Source: Candidatus Margulisiibacteriota bacterium (GTDB lineage Bacteria > Margulisbacteria > WOR-1 > O2-12-FULL-45-9). Taken from it: a stretch of DNA of 64,000 nt. Of this stretch, positions 56,014 through 64,000 are shown piece after piece. The stretch is taken from contig JAYEOW010000040.1 of assembly GCA_034723395.1 (NCBI GenBank), positions 8,424-72,423 of the forward strand. Reading direction: 5' to 3'. A model generated the notes under the pieces. The model made no database searches and was not told where the DNA came from. It was given only the letters and a program-made list of their open reading frames with translations. Position numbers and translations under genes: made by a program. The first letter of the stretch is position 1, and each line of letters starts with the position of its first letter.

Positions 56014-57334
56014 ATCCCTTAATCATTTTTAAAAGGTCGTCCCGTTTATTTATTTTTGGATGATCAAGGACCTCTTCAAGCAGGCAGTTTAATACTTTCC
56101 CTACCTTTGGGCCGGATTTTATTTTTAGCGTATTCATAACATCTTTTCCGTCAACTTTTAGGTCTTTAATGTGCAGTGCGTTTTCCTCTCTTAATATCTT
56201 TTTGATCCGTTTCTTGAGCTGGACCAGATAGTTGGAGCCGATCTCTTGCTCCATCGCGCTGGCATCCGCGTTCCTCAAGGTAAAAAGGGGCCCGACCATT
56301 TCTGCCCCGCCGATCCGACGGATAAAGCGCCTTACTGCGGCATCGCTCCAATCAGAAGTATAATTAAACATATGGTGACTGATCAGGTTAGCGATCTTTT
56401 TTATGGCGTTGCTGCTGAATTTTAATCTTTTTAGTATTTTTTCGGTCATTTGGCAGCCGACCTTGTCGTGATTGTAGAAAGTGTACCCAACCTTGCATCC
56501 TGGCTTGCCAATGTCGTGGAGCAGGGCGGCCATCCGAAGGATAGTATCCCCCGCCGGAGCGGCGTCGCAGGAATAGAGGCTGTGCCAATAGACATCGTAC
56601 TTGTGGAATTTAGGCGGCTGCTTGACGCGATAGGTTTTGACCAGTTCCGGGACGATCAATTTTAAGAGCCCCGACCTGCGCATTAGCTCAAAGCCTGTCG
56701 ACGGCTTTTTAGCCGCAAGAAGCTTTACGATTTCGTCATGGATCCGCTCCATCGCCACTTTTTTGGTGATTTTTAATGTCTTCGAGATGGCAGCAAAGGT
56801 CTTCGGTTCGATTTTAAATTGGAGTTTGGCGGCAAAACGGCAGGCGCGCACCGATCTTAGCCCATCCTCGGAGAACCGGTCGACCGGATTGCCGACTGTT
56901 CTGATTATTTTCTTTTTAAGATCTTTTTTTCCGTTAAAATTGTCGATTAACTTGTCTTCGATGGGGTCATAAGCGATCGCGTTTATCGTGAAATCACGGC
57001 GGGAGAGATCCTGGTGGATATCACCGGTAAAAACTACATTCTTAGGGTGACGCCCGTCTATATATTTCTCGTCCGAGCGAAAAGTGGTGACCTCATAGGC
57101 CTCTTTATCTAAAATTATCGTTACCGTGCCGTATTTTATCCCGGTTGGGACAACTTTTTTAAATAGTTTTTTTACTTTGTTGGGCTTGGCGGAGGTAGTG
57201 ATATCCCATTCCAGGACCGGTAATCCAAGGAGCATATCTCTGATGCAGCCCCCTACAAGGTAGGCCTGATAGCCGTTTTTTTTGAGGGTTTTTATTATTT
57301 TAACTGCATTTTTTGGGAATTTTTTCCTGCGCAT
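56006..57334 (-). CDS. cca: CCA tRNA nucleotidyltransferase with HD domain
   Basis: VGGCIRD, EWD, RRDFTINA, EDGLR..RA.RF, LLHDIGKP. Confidence 0.92.
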   Translation of the reverse strand: MRRKKFPKNAVKIIKTLKKNGYQAYLVGGCIRDMLLGLPVLEWDITTSAKPNKVKKLFKKVVPTGIKYGTVTIILDKEAYEVTTFRSDEKYIDGRHPKNVVFTGDIHQDLSRRDFTINAIAYDPIEDKLIDNFNGKKDLKKKIIRTVGNPVDRFSEDGLRSVRACRFAAKLQFKIEPKTFAAISKTLKITKKVAMERIHDEIVKLLAAKKPSTGFELMRRSGLLKLIVPELVKTYRVKQPPKFHKYDVYWHSLYSCDAAPAGDTILRMAALLHDIGKPGCKVGYTFYNHDKVGCQMTEKILKRLKFSSNAIKKIANLISHHMFNYTSDWSDAAVRRFIRRIGGAEMVGPLFTLRNADASAMEQEIGSNYLVQLKKRIKKILREENALHIKDLKVDGKDVMNTLKIKSGPKVGKVLNCLLEEVLDHPKINKRDDLLKMIKGYA

Positions 57335-57412
57335 ATTTAAAGTTTACCCCAGCTGATATGCAATGTAAAGACGATTGACTTGAGCTAGGCACAGGTTTAT
57401 AATAATTTTATC

Positions 57413-58981
57413 GTGAAACAGTCTCCTTTTGTGAGAGGCTTGGTCATTGTTTTGGCGGCTACACTTATTGTCGGAGGGCTGGTTTTTTCAAATCGCATTT
57501 TAGCTGGAGATGCTTTCGAAAAAGAAGAAGCCCAGCACGCCCTTTACGGGTTTTGGCTCTGGCGTGATATCCAAGCCCTTGACTGGGGCAGTTTTTGGCA
57601 CGATACCGAGCGCCAGATGTATTGGCCTTTTTTACACTCCTGGATATTGTCTTCTTTTTTCCTTGTTTTTGGAGTTAGCTATGTTTCGGCGAGAAGCCTA
57701 AGTTTGCTCTTTTTTGTGTTATCGATAATCATGCTCTATGCCCTTTCTAATAAAATATCAGAAAAGTCGGGGTGGAGGATCGGGATTATCTCGGCGTTGT
57801 TAATGCTTACTTCCCCGCTGATGATCAAGTATGCTTCTTTGAATATGCTGGAGGGGTTGGGGAGCCTTCTCTTTTTAAGCTGCGCTTATATGTACTTACA
57901 GGCTGAAGAGAGGAAGGACCTATTGCACTATCTTTTCCTGGCTCTCCTTATGAGCTTGTCTATCTATACAAATTATATCTACGCCTTTCTGCTGATTCCT
58001 GCTGCTTTGTTTGGGACATTCGCTGACCTGGGGCCGATATTTTATAAAGCGTATGAACTTCGCAAAAAGGGTGAAAAAGCGGCAATGCAATTTGCCTGGT
58101 GGGGATATAAAAAACTGATCTCGCTCGCGGTTGTCCTGGCCCTTGCCGGGATATGGTTTTCTTTTTCGTTTTTTAGGAAAGTAACCTTTTTTCTAGACGC
58201 GATATTTAAAAATTGGGGAGGGGTGATGGTAAACAGCGTCTGGGAGGCGGTTGCCTATTATCCAAAGGTAATCATCGGGCAGGCAACCTTTTCCCCCTGG
58301 CTTGGCGGATTGCTTATTTTTTCACTTTTACTCCCGTTCGTGGCGGCCCATTATCAGGGATTAAATAAGATGTTTATCCTTGTCTGGGCGGTTTTATTAT
58401 TGATCACCTTAACCGTGACCACTAAAACGCCCAGCATGGTTTATATTGTCGTCCCTTTTATGTTTTTGATATTTTCGGCAACCATAGTCTATTTTTACGA
58501 CCGCTTTGCCGCTAAAAATAAAAAATATGCGCAGGCGTTATTGCTTATAGTTCTATTGCCTGCTTTATTATCCCTGCCGTCCACTTACCGCTTATATTTC
58601 CCTTTGAGAAGCGGAGAAAATATGGTCCAGGTCCTGGATTATTTTAGGGGGAGCGTCCCGGAAGATAAAAGCATTGCGATTATTTTGGACCATAAGCGTT
58701 TAAATCCGGAAGTGGTGCAGTTCCATTTTCGCGGGAGAGCGGGTGAGGTTTTAACCGATCCCAGAATGGCTGAGGAGCGGGACCTTGATGAAGATTGCTA
58801 TTTCTTAACGATTGAAATAGATGAAGGGTCAAGGTATCGGGAGGGGATCAAAGATGACTCACTCTATCAATGGAATTCGTGGATCTGGTCGAGTGAGATG
58901 AACGGTGATATCCGGTTCTATTCATCACGCAGGTTCGATGGCCTTGGGTTAACCGCCAAGATATTTAAATTTACCCCATAA
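57413..58981 (+). CDS. GT-C type (ArnT/PMT-like) membrane glycosyltransferase
   Basis: Multi-TM; acidic pair after TM1, YWPFL, ARSLS, SP.....S...LE pattern. Confidence 0.7.
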   Translation: MKQSPFVRGLVIVLAATLIVGGLVFSNRILAGDAFEKEEAQHALYGFWLWRDIQALDWGSFWHDTERQMYWPFLHSWILSSFFLVFGVSYVSARSLSLLFFVLSIIMLYALSNKISEKSGWRIGIISALLMLTSPLMIKYASLNMLEGLGSLLFLSCAYMYLQAEERKDLLHYLFLALLMSLSIYTNYIYAFLLIPAALFGTFADLGPIFYKAYELRKKGEKAAMQFAWWGYKKLISLAVVLALAGIWFSFSFFRKVTFFLDAIFKNWGGVMVNSVWEAVAYYPKVIIGQATFSPWLGGLLIFSLLLPFVAAHYQGLNKMFILVWAVLLLITLTVTTKTPSMVYIVVPFMFLIFSATIVYFYDRFAAKNKKYAQALLLIVLLPALLSLPSTYRLYFPLRSGENMVQVLDYFRGSVPEDKSIAIILDHKRLNPEVVQFHFRGRAGEVLTDPRMAEERDLDEDCYFLTIEIDEGSRYREGIKDDSLYQWNSWIWSSEMNGDIRFYSSRRFDGLGLTAKIFKFTP

Positions 58982-59051
58982 TGCAAAGCCCGCAAATGAA
59001 AAAATTTAACGGTCCCGTTGGCTGTTATTTTTTGTCAGCAAATAAAAAAAG

Positions 59052-61085
59052 ATGAATATATTATCATCTTCCGGATTAGCAATCTTTGTAACGAGCATTT
59101 TTACCGCGGTTTTTGTTTTTTACAAGAACCCCAAAGGGAAAATGAACATCTCTTGGGCGTTGTTCTGTTGTTCGCTCGCTTTGTGGGGCTTGGGGCTCTT
59201 CTTCGGGTTTACCGCTGGCAATAGGGCCGTAGCATTATTCTGGAGCCGGTTTTTAAACCTGGCAGCGATATTTATCCCTTTCTTTTTCCTGCGTTTTGTT
59301 TATGCTTTTTTGGGGATCGAAGAAGAGAGGAGGCCGGTATTGCTGGTCGCTTTGACCGCCACGTCACTTTATTTTATGCTTTCTATCTTATTCTCTGATT
59401 GGTTTATTCCCGGGGTGGTTGCTAAAGCCCCCTTCCGTTTTTATCCGGATGCCGGCGTTCTCTATTATTTTTTCCCTATCCTCTATTGCATCCTGGCGGG
59501 CTTAGGGGCCTGCGATCTTTTACGGGCGTATACCAAGGCAGATGGGATGCGGCGCAACCAGATAAATTATCTATTTTGGGGGATGGTGATAGGATTTGTC
59601 GGCGGGGCGACTACCTTCCCGTATGTTTTTAACATCAATATTTATCCTTTCGGCACCTGGGGGGTAATTATTTATGTGTTAGCGGTCGGTTATGCTGTTA
59701 CCAAGTTTCGCCTGATGGATATCTCAATAGTGATCAGTCGTTTTGTGGCCGAGGTCAGCGCCATATTTTTTGAAGCGGTGATCTATTTGATGCTGGTATG
59801 GCTTTACCGCAATCATGTTTCGATCTTGATCGACCTCCCTTTCCTGGTTTGGACGATCGCCTACGGGGTCCTGGTTGGGCAGCTGCATCAAAAGGCCAGA
59901 ACACTGGTCCAGACTACGGCGGACAAGATTTTTATCAAAGGGAAATATGATTATTTTAATGAGCTGTCCCTGGCGATCATGAAAGTAGGTGAAAAGCTTT
60001 CTCTCCCTTCGATCCTTAAGGTCCTTTATAACGTGTTTTACGACGCGATCGAAATATCGGCTCCCCGGATATTTCTGCCCGAATATTTTTGCGATCCCGA
60101 TAAGAATTCCAGGCGTTACCTCGTTTATGCTCGCGAGATCGCCCATCCTAAAACGTGGGGTGAGGAGATAAGGTTTGAAGATGAAATGGTCCAGGAGTTG
60201 ATTAGGAAAAGGGATGTAATCCTTAGGCCGCATGACCGGACAAGACAGTTGATTATCCCCTGCATGGTGGAGGAGCGATTGGTCGGGATCTTCGTTTTAG
60301 GAAGAAAGCTTTCGGAAGATCCGTACTCCCCGGAAGATATAAGATTGTTAAAGGTCTTTGCGAGCCAGGCGGCAGTCGCCTTGGACCATGCACGTTCCTA
60401 CGGGAAGATAAAAGCGGAGTTTGACCTTATCGAGCGGCAGCTTTTCCGGTCCCAGAGCTTAGCTTCCCTGGGAACATTGATCGCGGGAGTAACTCATGAG
60501 ATCCGGAACCCATTGAGTGTTATCCGTTCTCAGACCGAACTTTTACCGATGAAAGAGAGGAGTTATGAGGATCTAAAGAAATTTAGCAAGATGACAGTAA
60601 AGCATATCGACCGGGTGGAGGGGCTCGTTCAAAGGATGCTCGATTTTGCTAAAAAGAAGCCAAAAATAGAAGAAGAGGTGGACCTTAATGAGTTGATCGA
60701 GGCTTCTCTGCAGCTGGTTGACCCAAAAAAGGTTAGTGTAGAGAAAAAACTAAATAAACTCCGTAAGATCCGGGGTGTTCCGGGAGAAATTGAAGAGGTT
60801 TTTGTAAACCTTATGCAAAATGCGGTCGAAGCGATGCCGAACGGAGGGAAGTTGAGCTTAAAGAGCTATCCTTTAGGCGGGAGAATAGTAGTTGAGGTCG
60901 CAGATACCGGAAAGGGGATCCCGGAGGGTATAAAAGAAAAAATATTTGACCCGTTCTTTTCTGCCCGGCACGAAGGCGTAGGGTTGGGGCTTTCGATTGC
61001 TTATCGCATTATCCGTGAACATGGAGGAGATATTGATATCGACAGCGAGCCGGGAGAGGGAACGACCTTCCGGATAGAATTCTAG
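59052..61085 (+). CDS. Membrane sensor histidine kinase (7TM-type N-terminus, GAF-like, HisKA, HATPase)
   Basis: HEIRNPL, NL.QNA.EAM, DTG.GI, FDPFF, G.GLGL. Confidence 0.93.
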   Translation: MNILSSSGLAIFVTSIFTAVFVFYKNPKGKMNISWALFCCSLALWGLGLFFGFTAGNRAVALFWSRFLNLAAIFIPFFFLRFVYAFLGIEEERRPVLLVALTATSLYFMLSILFSDWFIPGVVAKAPFRFYPDAGVLYYFFPILYCILAGLGACDLLRAYTKADGMRRNQINYLFWGMVIGFVGGATTFPYVFNINIYPFGTWGVIIYVLAVGYAVTKFRLMDISIVISRFVAEVSAIFFEAVIYLMLVWLYRNHVSILIDLPFLVWTIAYGVLVGQLHQKARTLVQTTADKIFIKGKYDYFNELSLAIMKVGEKLSLPSILKVLYNVFYDAIEISAPRIFLPEYFCDPDKNSRRYLVYAREIAHPKTWGEEIRFEDEMVQELIRKRDVILRPHDRTRQLIIPCMVEERLVGIFVLGRKLSEDPYSPEDIRLLKVFASQAAVALDHARSYGKIKAEFDLIERQLFRSQSLASLGTLIAGVTHEIRNPLSVIRSQTELLPMKERSYEDLKKFSKMTVKHIDRVEGLVQRMLDFAKKKPKIEEEVDLNELIEASLQLVDPKKVSVEKKLNKLRKIRGVPGEIEEVFVNLMQNAVEAMPNGGKLSLKSYPLGGRIVVEVADTGKGIPEGIKEKIFDPFFSARHEGVGLGLSIAYRIIREHGGDIDIDSEPGEGTTFRIEF

Positions 61086-61567
61086 CTTTTTTTCTTCTGG
61101 CTCTTTTTATCGAAATCCTCTTTTTTGTTGACATGTTTCTCAAAGGTGTCTAATACCATTTTACCTTCCCGGCCTTTGAAATAATTATTGATAGTCGTGA
61201 TTAACTCTTCGATCTTAAATGGCTTTTTTATGTAATTTACAACAAATCCGGCGGTTGCTTTATCCCACTTTTCTTCATCTTCCCAGGCGGTAAGCATGGA
61301 CACTCCGATATCCTCGCCGAATTCATTGCGGATTTTTTTTAAAAATTCAAGCCCGTTCATCCCCGGCATTTTAATATCTAAAAAAATCAGGCGGATACGA
61401 TTGCCGCCTAGTCCAAAAAAGATCTTATTCTTGGTCAGCAACTCGAGTGCCTGGTCGGCCGAGTAGGCGGTGACCGCATCATATTTGTCCGTTTCCCGAA
61501 TGATGCTAGAGATAGAATCAGCCAGGTCGATCTCATCGTCAACGACCATGATCAACGGTTTAGGCAT
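61082..61567 (-). CDS. Response regulator receiver protein
   Basis: SD GGAGGT and ATG 61567; VVDDE, LDIKMPGMNG, LTA, KPF. Confidence 0.92.
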   Translation of the reverse strand: MPKPLIMVVDDEIDLADSISSIIRETDKYDAVTAYSADQALELLTKNKIFFGLGGNRIRLIFLDIKMPGMNGLEFLKKIRNEFGEDIGVSMLTAWEDEEKWDKATAGFVVNYIKKPFKIEELITTINNYFKGREGKMVLDTFEKHVNKKEDFDKKSQKKKS

Positions 61568-61616
61568 AATCTGCACCTCCGCCTTTATTTTCTCATAGCA
61601 TGTTATAATATGCAAT

Positions 61617-62693
61617 ATGCTTAGAAAATTGCTAAAAATATTAGGGGTAGTGCTCCTGGTTCCGCTGTTTTTCGGGCTATTTTCATTAAGCTCGCAGGAG
61701 CGGATTAACGAGGTCGTGCCGCGGAAAAAAAGAAGTTCGGGGAAGGGGATCTACATTACTGCGGCGGTTTCAAAGACAAAATCCTACTTCAATTATATCA
61801 AGCGACAGGCAAAAAGATCGGGGATCAATACGATCGTGATCGACGCCAAACGCGATCTGGAGCCGCCGGTACTGGAAATGATCAGGCAGAAAGAACTTAA
61901 GGATGATTCGTGCGTTCTTTCTAACCCATGGCTGACGAAACTCGCCAAGGATCTCCACCGGGACGGATTTATTGTTACGGCGCGGATAGTCGTTTTTAAG
62001 GACGATCATCTGGCAATTGCCCGTCCCGACCTGGCGGTAAGGGTAAAAGGGGGAGGCTTGTATCGGGATTTTAAGTGGGGGCGGTGGGTCGATCCCTATT
62101 CGGACGAGGTCCGGCTCTACAACGAAAAGATCGCCGAAATTGCCGCCCTCTCGGGGGTAGATGAGGTGCAATTCGATTATATCCGTTTTCCGGCTGAAGG
62201 GAATTATCGGGATGCGTGTTATGAGTTCGACCGGGAGGGAGTTAGCCGGGTGGACATAATTTGCCGGTTCTTATCGGACGTAAAAAACAACCTGAAAAAA
62301 TATAATATTTCCCTGGGGGTAGATATCTTTGGGGTTACCGCCTGGCAAAATGAGTATGATATTAAGGGATTAGGGCAGGACCTGAAGAAAATGTCTGAAT
62401 ATATCGACGTTCTCTCCCCGATGTTTTATCCTTCCCATTTCCACTCGGGGTATGACGGTTATGAAAATCCCGGCGAGCATCCTTACTATTTTGTAGATAC
62501 CGGAGTTCGGCGTGCAAAAATGATCCTGGGAAAGACCAGGGTTAAGATAATACCGTGGATCCAGGGATTTGACCTGAGGTCGCCTAATTTCGGGCCGGAA
62601 TATATCATAGCCCAAACGAGGGCTTGTCCGGAAGGGTTCCTGGTATGGAACGCGGCAAACAATTATTCGGTCACATTTTCTGCACTACGGTGA
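61617..62693 (+). CDS. Putative glycoside hydrolase (DUF4015-like)
   Basis: N.IVID.K, ARIVVFKD, WVDP, DEVQFDYIRFP, PM.YPSH, PWIQ.F, WNA. Confidence 0.85.
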   Translation: MLRKLLKILGVVLLVPLFFGLFSLSSQERINEVVPRKKRSSGKGIYITAAVSKTKSYFNYIKRQAKRSGINTIVIDAKRDLEPPVLEMIRQKELKDDSCVLSNPWLTKLAKDLHRDGFIVTARIVVFKDDHLAIARPDLAVRVKGGGLYRDFKWGRWVDPYSDEVRLYNEKIAEIAALSGVDEVQFDYIRFPAEGNYRDACYEFDREGVSRVDIICRFLSDVKNNLKKYNISLGVDIFGVTAWQNEYDIKGLGQDLKKMSEYIDVLSPMFYPSHFHSGYDGYENPGEHPYYFVDTGVRRAKMILGKTRVKIIPWIQGFDLRSPNFGPEYIIAQTRACPEGFLVWNAANNYSVTFSALR

Positions 62694-63225
62694 TCTTTTT
62701 AATATAATCCATTTTGTCCCAGGGTTTATCGGTTTGTTCGAGTTTCCCGCCATTCTTAATGAGTATTTTTGTCCCGGCTTTTTTTACCTTAAATGTTTCT
62801 GCAAGTTTTTTTTGGGCCCGATCACTGTTCTTGCCGTGATAATTTACCTTAAAGGCGATAACGTCACGGACTTTTAATTTTTTAAAAGCCTCTTTCATAT
62901 GTTCGTATTCTTTACCGCCTGGTTTCAGGCCATCGGCGGAAAAGAGAAGGACGATAAGCTTATCGGATTGCAGGGCGTTTTTATAATCTTTAACATTAAA
63001 ATCCTGGGCGTAGGGAGCCGACCGGCGAACGGTAAATCTGGCAATGCGGGTTATTGTCTTCTTCCCGCCTTTAATCTCAGTTATAGTCCTGGCGCTGGTC
63101 TCTACTTTTATCGCTTCATCTTTTGGGCTTTTTGTTTTTTCTTTCGCAGCCAGAAGGGGCGTGGATAACGCCAATATCAAAATGAATGATAAAAACAGGG
63201 CGATAGGTTTATTCAACACGTTCAT
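62671..63225 (-). CDS. Secreted protein with a degenerate thioredoxin-like C-terminus
   Basis: Signal peptide; VLLFSAD...FKVNY...LA..F.V pattern; no cysteines. Confidence 0.55.
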   Translation of the reverse strand: MNVLNKPIALFLSFILILALSTPLLAAKEKTKSPKDEAIKVETSARTITEIKGGKKTITRIARFTVRRSAPYAQDFNVKDYKNALQSDKLIVLLFSADGLKPGGKEYEHMKEAFKKLKVRDVIAFKVNYHGKNSDRAQKKLAETFKVKKAGTKILIKNGGKLEQTDKPWDKMDYIKKITVVQKM

Positions 63226-63322
63226 TCCTCCAGGACCTAAGCTTACAGGAACCAGTATAGAATACAGAAGGAGAAAGTGTCAATAGTTGACGGCAGGGCT
63301 CATTTATAAGTATAATGCGTTC

Positions 63323-63835
63323 ATGCGAAAGAAAGAGCGGTTCCTGGTTACCTACGCGACCAAAGGCGGCAGTACCTTTGATGTGGCGGAAAAGATCGGC
63401 CATGTGATCAAAGAAAAAGGTTATGATGTAAAGGTCCTTCCGGTTAAAGGGGTAGAAGAGATTAAGTCCTATAACGCGGTTGTTGTGGGGAGCGGGGTCA
63501 GGGCGGGGAGATTATATTCGGAAGCAGTTAATTTTGTAAAAAAACACCAGGAGGATTTAGCGAATATCCCGGTGGCCTATTTTATCGACAGCTTGACCAT
63601 GTCGGTCGAGAACGAAAAGGCTCGGGCGACCGCGGAGGGGTATTTGAACCCGTTGAAAAAGATCGTTTCTCCCAAAGAGACCGCGCTCTTTGCCGGAAGA
63701 TTACAAATGAAAAAAGTCCCCCTGCACCTAAGGTTGGTCCTGAAGATAATGAAGGTGAAGGAAGGGGATTACCGCAAATGGGACCAGATCTCCGCCTGGG
63801 CCGAAAGCCTTCCTGGCAATCTTCTTGCAAATTAG
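63323..63835 (+). CDS. Flavodoxin-domain protein (HemG-like)
   Basis: YATKGGST..VAE.I, VVVGS, FAG.L, GDYR.WD.I..WA. Confidence 0.85.
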   Translation: MRKKERFLVTYATKGGSTFDVAEKIGHVIKEKGYDVKVLPVKGVEEIKSYNAVVVGSGVRAGRLYSEAVNFVKKHQEDLANIPVAYFIDSLTMSVENEKARATAEGYLNPLKKIVSPKETALFAGRLQMKKVPLHLRLVLKIMKVKEGDYRKWDQISAWAESLPGNLLAN

Positions 63836-63884
63836 TATTGAGCCAACCCTTGCCATTGAACATGGGAAGGTTTATAGGGTTACG

Positions 63885-64000
63885 ATGGGCAAAAAGGCTG
63901 ATTGGTTGGAAGATAACTGGTACAAGGTGATAACTGCTTGCCCTGAGCCCTTCGATTCACTGCGTTCGCTCAGGACAAGCTCCGTCGAAGGGCTTGCCCC
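63885..64000 (+). CDS. Possible 5' end of a gene running off the window
   Basis: ATG 63885, open to the edge: MGKKADWLEDNWYKVITACPEPFDSLRSLRTSSVEGLA. Confidence 0.35.
   Translation, partial: MGKKADWLEDNWYKVITACPEPFDSLRSLRTSSVEGLA
63936..64000. repeat. Nested REP-like palindromic element
   Basis: CTTGCCCTGAGC/GCTCAGGACAAG and GCCCTTCGA/TCGAAGGGC inverted pairs. Confidence 0.75.

Overview
Gene-dense bacterial chromosome segment from an anaerobic diderm. The gene set (group 3b NiFe hydrogenase, SLH-tethered outer-membrane barrel, Omp85/TamB, dapL, gmk-rpoZ-coaBC-priA-def-fmt) suggests a Saganbacteria/Margulisbacteria-like organism, but this is inference only. 1-8.5 kb holds a Rex-controlled hydrogenase operon ending in a HypC::radical-SAM fusion, plus small redox genes and HU. 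About 14.5-24.3 kb is accessory and has two parts. (i) A partly decayed radical-SAM cluster: ABC exporter, two 55-aa basic peptides, a SPASM enzyme, a PDZ/DUF512 enzyme and a chimeric remnant. (ii) A tandem cassette array: three diverged copies of the 5' half of one small gene alternate with defence-type cargo (AbiE toxin-antitoxin; AAA-DUF4143). Two copies are cut at the same codon and followed by GGTTTAT, and only the last copy is complete. No recombinase is visible. The rest is mainly housekeeping: parAB-rsmG, envelope genes, nrdR with two tandem nrdD paralogues, ispH, dapL, dapF, queD, murI, amidase, CCA enzyme and two-component genes. Window-wide oddities are many apparently leaderless genes, probable non-canonical start codons and small repeats inside coding sequences. 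No rRNA, tRNA, CRISPR array, transposase or integrase was recognised. All calls come from reading motifs by eye; no database searches were run.
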